Below are positions 1 to 9,401 of a stretch of DNA of 64,000 nucleotides, piece by piece. Source of the DNA: an uncultured Candidatus Saccharibacteria bacterium. GTDB taxonomy: Bacteria; Patescibacteriota; Minisyncoccia; Phycocordibacterales; UBA2100. The DNA lies in NCBI GenBank assembly GCA_964399865.1, contig CAYNRJ010000001.1, positions 2,315 through 66,314 on the forward strand. The letters run 5' to 3'. Numbering within the stretch: the stretch's first letter is position 1; each line of letters opens with the position of its first letter. The translations under genes were made by a program, and so were the position numbers. The notes under the pieces were generated by a model. That model was not told the DNA's origin. It worked only from the letters and a program-made list of their open reading frames with translations, and searched no databases.

Positions 1-3000
1 CGAAATGCATACTTTGCCGGAAGCGTCGGTATCGGTACTACATCTCCTGCGTATGCCCTCGATATAGCGGGATTTATAAACATTAATGAATATTCTGGAT
101 ACAAACAGAACGGTTCGACGATCCTCTTCGCCACAACGACAACAGGTCTTCTAGGGGTAGGCATCAATGCTCTTGCCAGCGCGATCTCAACTTCGACAGA
201 TGCCACTTCCGCTACGTACAGTGTAGCGGTTGGTGAGAACGCGCTTCGCTACGCGACCTCTTCAGACTTTAATACTGCCGTGGGCTGGAGCGCACTTCGA
301 GGGAGTTCTAGTGCTACGGCTAATAACTCTGGTGAACGTAATGTTGCTGTTGGATATGACTCGCTTCTTGCAAATACAACGGGCTCTCGAAACGTAGCGT
401 CAGGGTTTACCTCAATGTTGAACAATACGACAGGTTCAGACAATGTTGCTATCGGAAATGGTGCGCTCATGATTGCTACAAGTTCTTCTAATAACATAGC
501 TATTGGCACAGAGGCTCTTATTTCTCTGAGGACAAGCTCGGTCAACGATCTAGAGGGGAGTATAGCGATAGGATATGACGCTGGCGCAAGCGTAGTCTAC
601 GGAGGTGCAAACATCTTCATCGGTCATCTCGCTGGAGATAATCTCACCGGGGGCAGCAACAATATTATTATGGGGTATAGCATTGATGCTCCTTCAGCAA
701 CTCTTAGTGGCCAGCTCAATATTGGCAATATAATCTTTGGTACAGGCGTTGATTCAACAGGTACGACAATCGATACAAACGCACTTATAGGCATCGGGAC
801 ATCGACACCATGGGGTCGTTTGTCGGTCACTAATGTCGGAACAGAGCCATCTTTTGTTGTTCAGGACGAAGCCTCGCCAGACAACAGTCCGTTTATCATC
901 GACGCCACGGGGAACGTCGGAATCGGCACCACTTCTCCGTTCGCAAAACTCTCCGTCGTCGGTCAAACCGTAGGTGAATACTTCACCGCAACATCTACGG
1001 CTCGTGTATCTACGTTCCCATACGCATCAACCACCGCTATTACTGTTTCTGGTACCGCATCCTCTACATTACTTGTTGTCTCCGGTCTCAATGCAGCAGA
1101 CTGTGACGTGAAGGCGAGTGTGAACGGAGTCTTTTCTTGTGGCACTGACGCAGGAGGTGCCGGCGCGTCTCTCCAGGGTTCCTATGATGCAGGAGATACG
1201 ATTGAGACATCGGATGCAAACCCGATCGTTATTACCGAAACAGCCGCTGCGGCAAGTTCGCACAATCTGCTTGAGCTCGCTCCGAATCCGGCAGCTGGGG
1301 GCACGTTCTCCGGTAGCGCTCTGCAGATAACGATGGACGCAACTGACGCGAATGCGTATGCCGGTAATGGTCTCCGCATCGTCGTCGATCAATCACAAGT
1401 CGCATCGACGGCATACCCAATTCTTATTGAGGATGATGCTGGTGTAGACATATTCGCAGTTGCAGAGAACGGCGGACTCACCATCAACGGCGCGAATAGT
1501 GACGTCGTGCGCAGTTCGACCGCAGATTTCGCGCTCGGCACTGTCGGAGCAGGGCTCTCGAATGCAAATGGTCAGCTAAGTATGTCGAATGGAACAGTGC
1601 TGACCTCTAGCAACGGCATCATTACGACAGGGAGTCAGCCATCCGTGGATGCAGCCGTAAGCACCGGTGCACTTTCGATCGCAATTGCGAACGGGAAATA
1701 TCTAGTCATACGTGGAGGTGGAACGAATGCGATGTCTATTTATGATTCTGTAGCAGGCACGTTCACTGCTTCTTCGAGAACCTTGAACGGAACAGCTGGC
1801 GGTGGAACGCTCGCACTACCTCGTCCAGGAGGTACATACCGCATTCTTCATGGAAGCGGCTCACAGACGACCACGACTCTCATTGATCCTCAGGGGAATA
1901 TGTACCTCGGGTTTGGAACAACTACGGCCATGAACGCAGCCGTCGCGACTGGCACCGTCGCGTTTAGGCGACCTGACGGAAGATTCTTGATCGCAAACGG
2001 ACAAGGTGCCGGCACGACTCAGATTTATGATCCAATCGGTGATGTGTTCGTCGCAGGTCCTACGAACAGCGGTGGTGTCACTTGGGGCGCGGGAGCACTC
2101 GTCATCCCTATGGCCTCAAGTACGAGCGGAATCAGTTCAAGAGCACTATTTGTAACAGGGGGTGCGGCCGGCACAACTCAGATTTATAACAGCAGTGACG
2201 GTTCGGTATCAGGCATTGGTCCTCGCGGCTCATTCACTGTTGGACCACCGCTCGGTACGGGATGTGAAATAAACAACTGGGGTTCCGTAGCGATTGGGCG
2301 ACCAGACGGTAAATATGTGATTCTCTCCAAGATAAATGCCTCAGCGGTCTTCGATCCGATATTGGGTACGATGACGTGCCGCACATCTAACGGTCCTGGT
2401 GTCGCACTCGGTGTCGGCGCGCATGCGATTCCCCTCCAGAACGGTACTTTCCTCATCATCGTTGGTAGTGGTTCGACCGCATCGTATATTTACAATCCAA
2501 ATACCGACACGTTTACTTCACACGGGACCGCTCTCTCTGTCATCGGTGATGGCGCGCACTCTATTCTGAGGCAGGATGGCACATGGCAGATTCTCGCCGG
2601 AGGTACAACTACTCCAACAACCACAAATAATTTCGACACTGGTCTCCCAATGGCAGGCTCTGCTACGCGCTACACCTCAGATGATATTTCAACGACTGCT
2701 TTGAATCTCTCGTCAACGCTTAAGTGGGTAGCAGACGCACAAACGGCAATGGTTGGAAACGTAAACGCTACGTCCAGTCTCCAAATACTGGTACGCACGG
2801 CTGTAAATAGTGGCGGCTGTACAGCCCCCCTTGATGCAGCAACTGATAGGGAAATCCGTAACTCAGGAGACTTGATTGGTGCTGGTTCGACCGACAATTG
2901 TATCCGTATTACGGTTAACATGAGTCGACCAATACCAAAACGCATTATAGATGAACGCGGTACATTTACAGGAAACGGCTCAACTGTCACAGCGCTCGAT

Positions 3001-6000
3001 TATTACAACGTAAGTCTCCAGGAGCTCGTCGTCGATAACTCCTCGTTCCTCCGTCGTAACAACTTTGCATTTAATGTGGCAAGCGCTGATGCCGCCGCTC
3101 CACAGAGTGACGCTTCTGGTCCGGTCCTCACGAGAGCTGAAGCTCTTTCGGACAGAGTCTATCTTCCTTGGGGTCGTATTAATCCTACAACAGCGTCAGG
3201 AAGTACAGGATATTACTTTGGTACAACAACAATTGCTCATCCGCCAATTCCGCAAGCGCAGGCAACGACGAGTACAATTGTCATTGAACGGCCTAACAAA
3301 ACGTTCGTGATTATTGCTTCTCTTACGACTCCAGCCGCAAACGCTGCTCTGTATGATCCGAACACGCAGACGTTCACATCTCAGTCTGGAAGTAATATTC
3401 CAACCGCCGCGAATGGTCCTGGAGGCTTTGCGCTGAAACTCCCTAGCGGCAAGTTCCTAGTTGTTCTCGGAAATAATACTGTAACCACGAACTTCTACGA
3501 TCCTATTACGAATACCTTTAGCGCCGGGCCAGATCTTACTGTCGCGGCAAACCTTGGTGCAATCGCGATTCCGAATGCCGATGGAACGTACACCATTACC
3601 CACGGTGCTGGTGCTACAACATCGTCAATATTCGATCCAATACGCTACACGACGCAAAGAATGGCAACTGGCCCTACACAAACAACAGGCACTGCCTGCG
3701 GTGCTGCGGCTATACCGCTTCGTAACGGAAATTACAAGATTATCGTTGGTGCTGCAGACGGGGCAGCTGCAGCAGCAACAACGATGAACTATGATCCGCG
3801 CGCGAAAGTGTTTATTGCAGGTACAAATATGGTTACAAACGCCGTTGGCTGTGGATCGCAGGTCTTCCAAAGGGCAGACGGATTCTGGGAAGTGACTGGC
3901 GGCGGTACGACGTCAGGTGCAGGTACGCTCGTCACCAACATCATTAACCCAGACTCTGGTCAGACATCCATTGGTGCTCCGATGACTACTAACACCGCTG
4001 GAAAGGGTCAACTTCTCATTCCAAGACCTGACGGCACATTCTTACTTATCAGCGGTAACAACACAGTCAACACCAACATCATCATTCCGTATGGTGTCGG
4101 ACCTGCAGCATCTGCGGTCTCAGGCGTATCACAGCTCGGCGTTGCTCCAATTGGTCCTCCGCTTAACTTAGCTGTTGGTAATGGCTCTGTTGCCTTCCAA
4201 AGACCGGATGGTAAATTCGTTATCATTAACGGAAATGCAACAAGCAGCACACAGCTCATTGACGTTGGATGGTATCCGGACGGGCAGTATCTTTCTGAGC
4301 AGATTCAAATTCCTGCGCTCCCAGCAAACGCTGTACTTAACTGGAAGCAGACACCAGATAACTTTGTCTCAATGCGTGTGAGAGTTGCCTCATCACAGGC
4401 AAATCTCGCAACCTCGACATTTATTACTGTCGGGAAGCCTGGAACCAGTATCGCTAATGCGGGTGGCGAGACGTGGGCACAGATAGAAATTAACTTCCGC
4501 CGCGACTTCCCTGCATATAGTGGCGCAAAAGATAGCGTGTATGGAGGTTCCAGCAACAACGTCTATCCGTACCGCAATATCTCAACTCCGTCAGTATTTC
4601 AATTCCAGCTCAGTAATGGCCAGGATCTCCTCACACTCCAGACGAACGGTCGTAATCTGATGCGAGTTACATCTGATGGAAACATCTACTCTGCCGCCAA
4701 CGGTGGATTCTATAGTGGTGGTGCTGACTTGGCGGAAAATTACACTTCCACACAGACGCTCGTTGCTGGTGAGGTCGTGATGATCGATCCATCGAACGCA
4801 CAGGGTGTCATTCGCGCGACTGGTCAGTATCAAAATACGATACTCGGCGTTGTTTCGACTGAGCCAGGCTTCATTGCCGGCGCATTTACTGAAAATTCCT
4901 ACCCAATCGGTCTTATCGGTCGTGTACCTGTGAAGATCTCAACCGAGAATGGCCCAATTCGCTCAGGTGACATCCTCACTTCTGCGTCGATTTCTGGTTA
5001 TGCAATGCGCGCAACACAAGCTGGCCGCTCCCTTGGTAAGGCACTCGAGAATTTCGATGAGAGTACGGCGACCCCATGTCCTGCCGAGGGGCTCGGGAAT
5101 GTCGAATCTACAAAATGCGGAACGATCATGATGTTCGTTAACCTAGTCGATTACCTTGGTTCGCCAATAGAGCTAATGATGGATGAGGCAGGATTCTCAA
5201 TAGACGAGCCAGTACTAGCTTCCGAGGTTTCTGCGGACGAGGACGTACTCGAGGGCCTAGCGCTCGTCGCAGAGGCTCCGTCCGCTGACGAAAAGGCTGC
5301 CGCACGGAGAGCGCGCATACTCGCGTTCCTCCAGAACCTGAAAGAGCAGCGGGGAGCAATGGGCATAAGTTCTGAGATATTCACTGATCGCATTAGTTCT
5401 GCGTTCGAGATTGTCTCGCCACAGCTAACGACGGACACGCTTTCCGCAAATACGATCGCCGGGGTCTCAGGTGGTGTATCAGTCGCACTTGCTACAGGTA
5501 CACAATTCGCGATTATCAATAAAGACGCGTCGGGAAGCGCCTCTTCAACACCAGTAGCATCGTTTGATGCTTCTGGAAACCTATTTATCGGCGGTGATCT
5601 CGTCATTTTTGGTCGACCGTACTTTACAACTGACACTGCGGGCTTTGCTGTCGTGAAGGCGGGGAGTTCAAAAGTTGAAGTTATATTCGACCGAGAATAT
5701 CTCGAGCAGCCAATTGTAAACGCAAACATCTCGCTCGACGCTCTCCCTGACGAAGCGCAAGCGGCTGCTGCTGCGGAAGCAATCTTTTCGGATGATATCC
5801 GTTACCTTGTCACGGAAAAGAGCGCAAAAGGCTTCACGGTGCTTCTCAACAAACCGGCTTCTAAAGACATTCAGTTTAGTTGGATCGCTCTCGCGGTGAA
5901 GGGAGCTAAGACGTTCCAGTCAGCTGCTCCAGAAGGCGTTGATGTCGAAAACCCAGAACTTCCTGTTGAACCACAAGAATCTCCGGTGGAAGAAAACGAG

Positions 6001-6483
6001 GGTGGAGGCGAGTCGGAGCAGTCGGTCGAGGAGGAAATTGCGGAGGAGGAAACAGGGGGCTCTGGAGATGCGCCCCCACAAGTGACGGTGATAGGAGAGA
6101 GTCCTGTACGTATTGAAATAGGAACGGGGTATTCCGATCAGGGGGCGCTCGTTTCCGATGACCATGATACTGGGATCGGTCTCACGACGTTTGTAAACGG
6201 AGCGTTTTCCCTCGCAGTGCAATTGGACACCTCAACAACGACTTCATACGAGATCAAGTATCGCGCAACGGATTCAGCAGGGAACGTGACAGAAAAGACT
6301 CGCATTGTAGAAGTATATGAACCCGAAATACCAGTTTCTGAGGCGCAACCAGAATCTCTACCAGAGCCTGAGTCAGAACCAGCTCCTGAGCCGGAAGTAG
6401 TCGTAGGCTCAGCTCCTCAGTCAGAGTCCGCGGTAGAAGCTGAACCTAGCCCAGAACTTTCCTCTGAAATTGTAGAAGAGTAA
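1..6483 (+). CDS. Giant surface protein, 5'-partial. The frame is open from nt 1 (…YFAGSVGIGTTSPAYALDIAG…), so the gene starts upstream of the window. Mosaic: N-terminal tail-fibre-like G/N/T/S-rich repeats; about 12 repeats of ~45 aa carrying (I/F)YDP motifs (beta-propeller/Kelch-like); an internal phage tail-fibre intramolecular-chaperone / peptidase S74-like domain; a DUF5011-like Ig domain; an acidic P/E-rich tail.
   Basis: No stop codon in frame 1 from nt 1. Repeats such as NVAVGYDSLLANTTGSRNVASGF..DNVAIGNGAL; periodic TQIYDPIGDVF / SYIYNPNTDTFTSHG / ALYDPNTQTFTSQSG / TNFYDPITNTFSAGP / SIFDPIRYTTQ / MNYDPRAKVFIAG; the segment GGADLAENYTSTQTLVAGEVVMIDPS…LGVVSTEPGFIAG…IGRVPVKISTENGPIRSGDILTSASISGYAMRAT; the segment PQVTVIGESPVRIEIGTGYSDQGALVSDDHDTGI…YRATDSAGNVTEKTRIVEVYE; and a C-terminal run PESLPEPESEPAPEPE. 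Confidence 0.75.
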   Translation, partial: RNAYFAGSVGIGTTSPAYALDIAGFININEYSGYKQNGSTILFATTTTGLLGVGINALASAISTSTDATSATYSVAVGENALRYATSSDFNTAVGWSALRGSSSATANNSGERNVAVGYDSLLANTTGSRNVASGFTSMLNNTTGSDNVAIGNGALMIATSSSNNIAIGTEALISLRTSSVNDLEGSIAIGYDAGASVVYGGANIFIGHLAGDNLTGGSNNIIMGYSIDAPSATLSGQLNIGNIIFGTGVDSTGTTIDTNALIGIGTSTPWGRLSVTNVGTEPSFVVQDEASPDNSPFIIDATGNVGIGTTSPFAKLSVVGQTVGEYFTATSTARVSTFPYASTTAITVSGTASSTLLVVSGLNAADCDVKASVNGVFSCGTDAGGAGASLQGSYDAGDTIETSDANPIVITETAAAASSHNLLELAPNPAAGGTFSGSALQITMDATDANAYAGNGLRIVVDQSQVASTAYPILIEDDAGVDIFAVAENGGLTINGANSDVVRSSTADFALGTVGAGLSNANGQLSMSNGTVLTSSNGIITTGSQPSVDAAVSTGALSIAIANGKYLVIRGGGTNAMSIYDSVAGTFTASSRTLNGTAGGGTLALPRPGGTYRILHGSGSQTTTTLIDPQGNMYLGFGTTTAMNAAVATGTVAFRRPDGRFLIANGQGAGTTQIYDPIGDVFVAGPTNSGGVTWGAGALVIPMASSTSGISSRALFVTGGAAGTTQIYNSSDGSVSGIGPRGSFTVGPPLGTGCEINNWGSVAIGRPDGKYVILSKINASAVFDPILGTMTCRTSNGPGVALGVGAHAIPLQNGTFLIIVGSGSTASYIYNPNTDTFTSHGTALSVIGDGAHSILRQDGTWQILAGGTTTPTTTNNFDTGLPMAGSATRYTSDDISTTALNLSSTLKWVADAQTAMVGNVNATSSLQILVRTAVNSGGCTAPLDAATDREIRNSGDLIGAGSTDNCIRITVNMSRPIPKRIIDERGTFTGNGSTVTALDYYNVSLQELVVDNSSFLRRNNFAFNVASADAAAPQSDASGPVLTRAEALSDRVYLPWGRINPTTASGSTGYYFGTTTIAHPPIPQAQATTSTIVIERPNKTFVIIASLTTPAANAALYDPNTQTFTSQSGSNIPTAANGPGGFALKLPSGKFLVVLGNNTVTTNFYDPITNTFSAGPDLTVAANLGAIAIPNADGTYTITHGAGATTSSIFDPIRYTTQRMATGPTQTTGTACGAAAIPLRNGNYKIIVGAADGAAAAATTMNYDPRAKVFIAGTNMVTNAVGCGSQVFQRADGFWEVTGGGTTSGAGTLVTNIINPDSGQTSIGAPMTTNTAGKGQLLIPRPDGTFLLISGNNTVNTNIIIPYGVGPAASAVSGVSQLGVAPIGPPLNLAVGNGSVAFQRPDGKFVIINGNATSSTQLIDVGWYPDGQYLSEQIQIPALPANAVLNWKQTPDNFVSMRVRVASSQANLATSTFITVGKPGTSIANAGGETWAQIEINFRRDFPAYSGAKDSVYGGSSNNVYPYRNISTPSVFQFQLSNGQDLLTLQTNGRNLMRVTSDGNIYSAANGGFYSGGADLAENYTSTQTLVAGEVVMIDPSNAQGVIRATGQYQNTILGVVSTEPGFIAGAFTENSYPIGLIGRVPVKISTENGPIRSGDILTSASISGYAMRATQAGRSLGKALENFDESTATPCPAEGLGNVESTKCGTIMMFVNLVDYLGSPIELMMDEAGFSIDEPVLASEVSADEDVLEGLALVAEAPSADEKAAARRARILAFLQNLKEQRGAMGISSEIFTDRISSAFEIVSPQLTTDTLSANTIAGVSGGVSVALATGTQFAIINKDASGSASSTPVASFDASGNLFIGGDLVIFGRPYFTTDTAGFAVVKAGSSKVEVIFDREYLEQPIVNANISLDALPDEAQAAAAAEAIFSDDIRYLVTEKSAKGFTVLLNKPASKDIQFSWIALAVKGAKTFQSAAPEGVDVENPELPVEPQESPVEENEGGGESEQSVEEEIAEEETGGSGDAPPQVTVIGESPVRIEIGTGYSDQGALVSDDHDTGIGLTTFVNGAFSLAVQLDTSTTTSYEIKYRATDSAGNVTEKTRIVEVYEPEIPVSEAQPESLPEPESEPAPEPEVVVGSAPQSESAVEAEPSPELSSEIVEE

Positions 6484-6504
6484 AGAGGTTAGCAGCTTCT
6501 CTTA

Positions 6505-7506
6505 TTATCGATACTGCGAGTCTATTTTTTTATAAACAAATTCTGAAATGTCGGCGACGGCTCTCTCGAGAGTAGGCACTTCTTCGCCCCGAGTCATGAT
6601 GCAGAGAAGGTAGGGGTGTTTGGGATAATAGACTATACCGCAGTCGTGCAAATGACGCTCACCATCGTTGATTTGTCTTTCGCCGAATTTATGAGCTACG
6701 AGAATTTTGTCTGGCACACCCTTACGCAAGCCTTCGGTGAAATCGATTTTCGAAAGTAGCGACAGTGCCTGCTCTGAATGTGCTTGGGAGAGGAATGACG
6801 CGTTATAAAGGATTCTAAAAAAAGCGGCGTATTGTTTTACGGAAAGAGCTGAACTCGGATCGTTTAGTACATTTGCGTCGACATCCAATAGATCGTACAG
6901 GTGTCTAATATCATCTCCTGGGAGATCCGTAAGTAGGAGAAATAACGACTCGTTGTCGGAGTAGATGATCATTCTCTCGATAAGCTCACTTACCGTATAT
7001 GCTTTCCCGACTTCAAGAGTCTCCTCTGGCAAAATCGTTTGCTCGACAGGTGACGCGCGTTTTTCTTGAAATGTAATTTCTTTCTGCAAGATGCTCGGGT
7101 TGTCCTCAGCGGCGCGGAAAAATGCCATCATGACCGGTACCTTCAATAAGCTCGCAGGAATGAATGGATCATCTTGTTGAATACCAAAGGTCGGGCCGTT
7201 GTTCAGGTCACGGAAATATACTGCTATCTCACTCGCGGAAGTTTTTTTCTCTAGAGAGGTTACTAGTTTTTCAAGGTCCGACCGGAAGTTTATTTTTTCT
7301 GCGTCGATCGTTCCTTGTGCAATCTCGCATTCAAGGAGTGGATTGGTAAGCACACCTTCACCTGAGCGGACCTGTGCTGATGTGCTGGAGTGCGGTGTGG
7401 ACTTGTGAAGGTTTGCGTATCCGATCGCTCCGAGGGCTGCTCCGAGCGCAAGCGTTACGGTGAAGGAAAATACCCTACGCATGTGCCACCATGCTAGCAC
7501 AGGCAA
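6505..7506 (-). CDS. Secreted serine hydrolase, class A beta-lactamase / PBP-like. An alternative start at the internal Met (MRRVFSF…, about nt 7482) gives a cleaner signal peptide.
   Basis: N-terminal hydrophobic signal; SxxK (ASLLK), SDN (YSDNES) and a KTG-like (HKFGE) motif in the class A order. Confidence 0.5.
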   Translation of the reverse strand: MPVLAWWHMRRVFSFTVTLALGAALGAIGYANLHKSTPHSSTSAQVRSGEGVLTNPLLECEIAQGTIDAEKINFRSDLEKLVTSLEKKTSASEIAVYFRDLNNGPTFGIQQDDPFIPASLLKVPVMMAFFRAAEDNPSILQKEITFQEKRASPVEQTILPEETLEVGKAYTVSELIERMIIYSDNESLFLLLTDLPGDDIRHLYDLLDVDANVLNDPSSALSVKQYAAFFRILYNASFLSQAHSEQALSLLSKIDFTEGLRKGVPDKILVAHKFGERQINDGERHLHDCGIVYYPKHPYLLCIMTRGEEVPTLERAVADISEFVYKKIDSQYR

Positions 7507-7551
7507 GACTCTCTCTCTACGTTTTCAACAAAGTACATATCGACCTTCCGC

Positions 7552-8037
7552 ATGCCCGTGAAAACGTGCTTTAATTACAGCGATATAGAGCGAGCTATTG
7601 ATTTTTTTATTATGCCAACCCCAAGCGTTTCGGTCCCATGGATGAATTCAAAAATTGTCATCGCTATTCTAGTTTTTCTACTAGTTGGGGCTGGTGGGGC
7701 AGCATATTACTTTTACTCAAAGGCATCGGTTGTGCAGACAGAATCACAGGAAGACACGCAAAAAGAAGTTCAATCACTTATTGATGAAATAGGGAAGTTA
7801 ATCATGCTTCCTGAAGGTGAGACGCCGACAATTGCAACGGTTTCTAACCCAGAGCGTCTCAAGGATCAACCTTTTTTCGCCAAGGCAAAAGCGGGAGATA
7901 AAGTTCTCATTTATACGATAGCGAGGAAAGCGTTTTTGTATGATCCTGTCGCAGGAAAACTCATAGAAGTCGCACCTCTTAGTACGGCCACGGGCGCTGA
8001 AGTGGAGACAGATGTTTCAGGAGCGATTTCTGAGTAA
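7552..8037 (+). CDS. Hypothetical single-pass membrane protein; the likely true start is the internal Met near nt 7642 (MNSKIVIAILVFLLVGAGG…).
   Basis: ORF with one N-terminal TM helix followed by a soluble domain. No recognisable motif. Confidence 0.4.
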   Translation: MPVKTCFNYSDIERAIDFFIMPTPSVSVPWMNSKIVIAILVFLLVGAGGAAYYFYSKASVVQTESQEDTQKEVQSLIDEIGKLIMLPEGETPTIATVSNPERLKDQPFFAKAKAGDKVLIYTIARKAFLYDPVAGKLIEVAPLSTATGAEVETDVSGAISE

Positions 8038-8060
8038 GTCTAATACGCATACAGGTATTT

Positions 8061-9401
8061 ATGGCATACCGAACAAACACTATAGCGATCGGTATTATGC
8101 TGGGACTATTTTTTCTGTTTTCTTCCGTTTCTCTTGCGGATGAATTTACTTCCGGTGATTATAAAATAGTCGATCCCGTCATCGTGCCGTCGGGATTCGC
8201 GACGTCTTCTAGCTTTCAGTTGTGGAGCACCATCTCTGAATTAGCAACAGGAACAAGCACGGCGACAACGTTTTCTCTAAGTTCCGGATTTCTTACATTC
8301 CCATTCGTCTCTACCCCGGTAGTTTCTGCAACTGCTGGTGACGCTCAAGTATCAATTTCGTGGAGCGCTTCGGAAGGATTCCTCGGATGGAGTATATCGG
8401 GGTATGACATCGCTCGGGCCACGGTTTCTGGCGGTCCATACACATACTCAGATGTTGGAAATGTTCTTAGTAGTACAAGAACCGGCCTCACTAATGGGAC
8501 CACGTACTATTTTGTTGTCGTTCCGAAGGATATATTTGGGAATAGAATCGCCACTTCGACAGAAGTATCCGCGACGCCGGTTGCATCAAGTGGGGGCGGA
8601 GGTGGTGGTGGAGGAGGTGGTGGCGGGGGCGGTGGAGGAGGCGGTGGAGCAGCAGCGCCGTCCGGTGCGAATGTATTCTTTTCAGGACGCGCGTATCCTG
8701 GAAGTACCGTAGTTCTCCTTAAGGACGCGCAGGTGGCCGCTACAACTGTTGCAGGAGCAGATGCGAAATTCCAAATCGCCCTCGGAGGGCTTTCAACCGG
8801 GAACTTTATATTCTCAATGTATGGTGAAGATAAAGCTGGCAATCGCTCCTCGCTCCTGTCGTTTCCGGTGAGCGTAACAGCCAATGTGTTTACGAATGTC
8901 GGTGGTATTTTCATTTCACCATCGATTACAACTGACAAGGCTGAGGTGAGAAAAGGAGACAATATAGCAATCTTCGGACAATCATCGCCAAAGTCAGACA
9001 TAGTCATCGCGGTGAACTCTGAAGAAGAATTATTCGCGCAGGTAAAGGCGGATGATAGTGGAGCGTATCTCCTAAATTTTGACACATCGGTTCTCGAGAT
9101 GGGAAGTCACACAGCAAAATCAAAGGCGGCATTGGCAGGGGAGATAAGTACATACAGCAAAGCTGCCGCGTTTACCGTAGGAACAAAAAATGTGGTTGCT
9201 CTCGTTACTACGAAGAAAGCCACAAAGGGTGACGCAAGTGGAGACGGAAAAGTGAACCTCGTAGATTTTTCAGTTGCTGCCTATTGGTATAAACGCCCGC
9301 TCACCCCAGCCTTTAGGGAAATCGAGAAGACGATGCTCAACGGCGACGGACAAGTAACACTCGCTGACTTCTCCATCATAGCCTATCACTGGGGAGGATG
9401 A
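8061..9401 (+). CDS. Secreted dockerin-containing protein: signal peptide, FN3 domain, 20-residue poly-Gly linker, two Ig-like / CarboxypepD_reg-like domains, C-terminal type I dockerin (two Ca-binding F-hand repeats).
   Basis: FN3 signature (QVSISWSAS…LTNGTTYYFVV). Dockerin repeats GDASGDGKVNLVDFSVAAYWY and LNGDGQVTLADFSIIAYHW at the C-terminus. Confidence 0.7.
   Translation: MAYRTNTIAIGIMLGLFFLFSSVSLADEFTSGDYKIVDPVIVPSGFATSSSFQLWSTISELATGTSTATTFSLSSGFLTFPFVSTPVVSATAGDAQVSISWSASEGFLGWSISGYDIARATVSGGPYTYSDVGNVLSSTRTGLTNGTTYYFVVVPKDIFGNRIATSTEVSATPVASSGGGGGGGGGGGGGGGGGGGAAAPSGANVFFSGRAYPGSTVVLLKDAQVAATTVAGADAKFQIALGGLSTGNFIFSMYGEDKAGNRSSLLSFPVSVTANVFTNVGGIFISPSITTDKAEVRKGDNIAIFGQSSPKSDIVIAVNSEEELFAQVKADDSGAYLLNFDTSVLEMGSHTAKSKAALAGEISTYSKAAAFTVGTKNVVALVTTKKATKGDASGDGKVNLVDFSVAAYWYKRPLTPAFREIEKTMLNGDGQVTLADFSIIAYHWGG
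8592..8651 (+). repeat. GGN trinucleotide tract encoding 20 consecutive glycines (low-complexity, slippage-prone coding repeat).
   Basis: ggg ggc gga ggt ggt ggt gga gga ggt ggt ggc ggg ggc ggt gga gga ggc ggt gga read directly; translates to G20 inside the dockerin-protein ORF. Confidence 0.9.

Noticed and set aside
5151-5729. 192-aa minus-strand ORF, and other antisense ORFs, inside the giant surface-protein gene.
   Set aside because: They are antisense to a clearly coding, repeat-rich frame, have low-complexity S/A/T-rich translations, and lack start context.
8592-8651. Periodic ggn repeat checked as a possible CRISPR or tandem non-coding repeat.
   Set aside because: It is in frame within a long ORF and encodes poly-Gly; no spacer-repeat architecture and no cas genes in the window.
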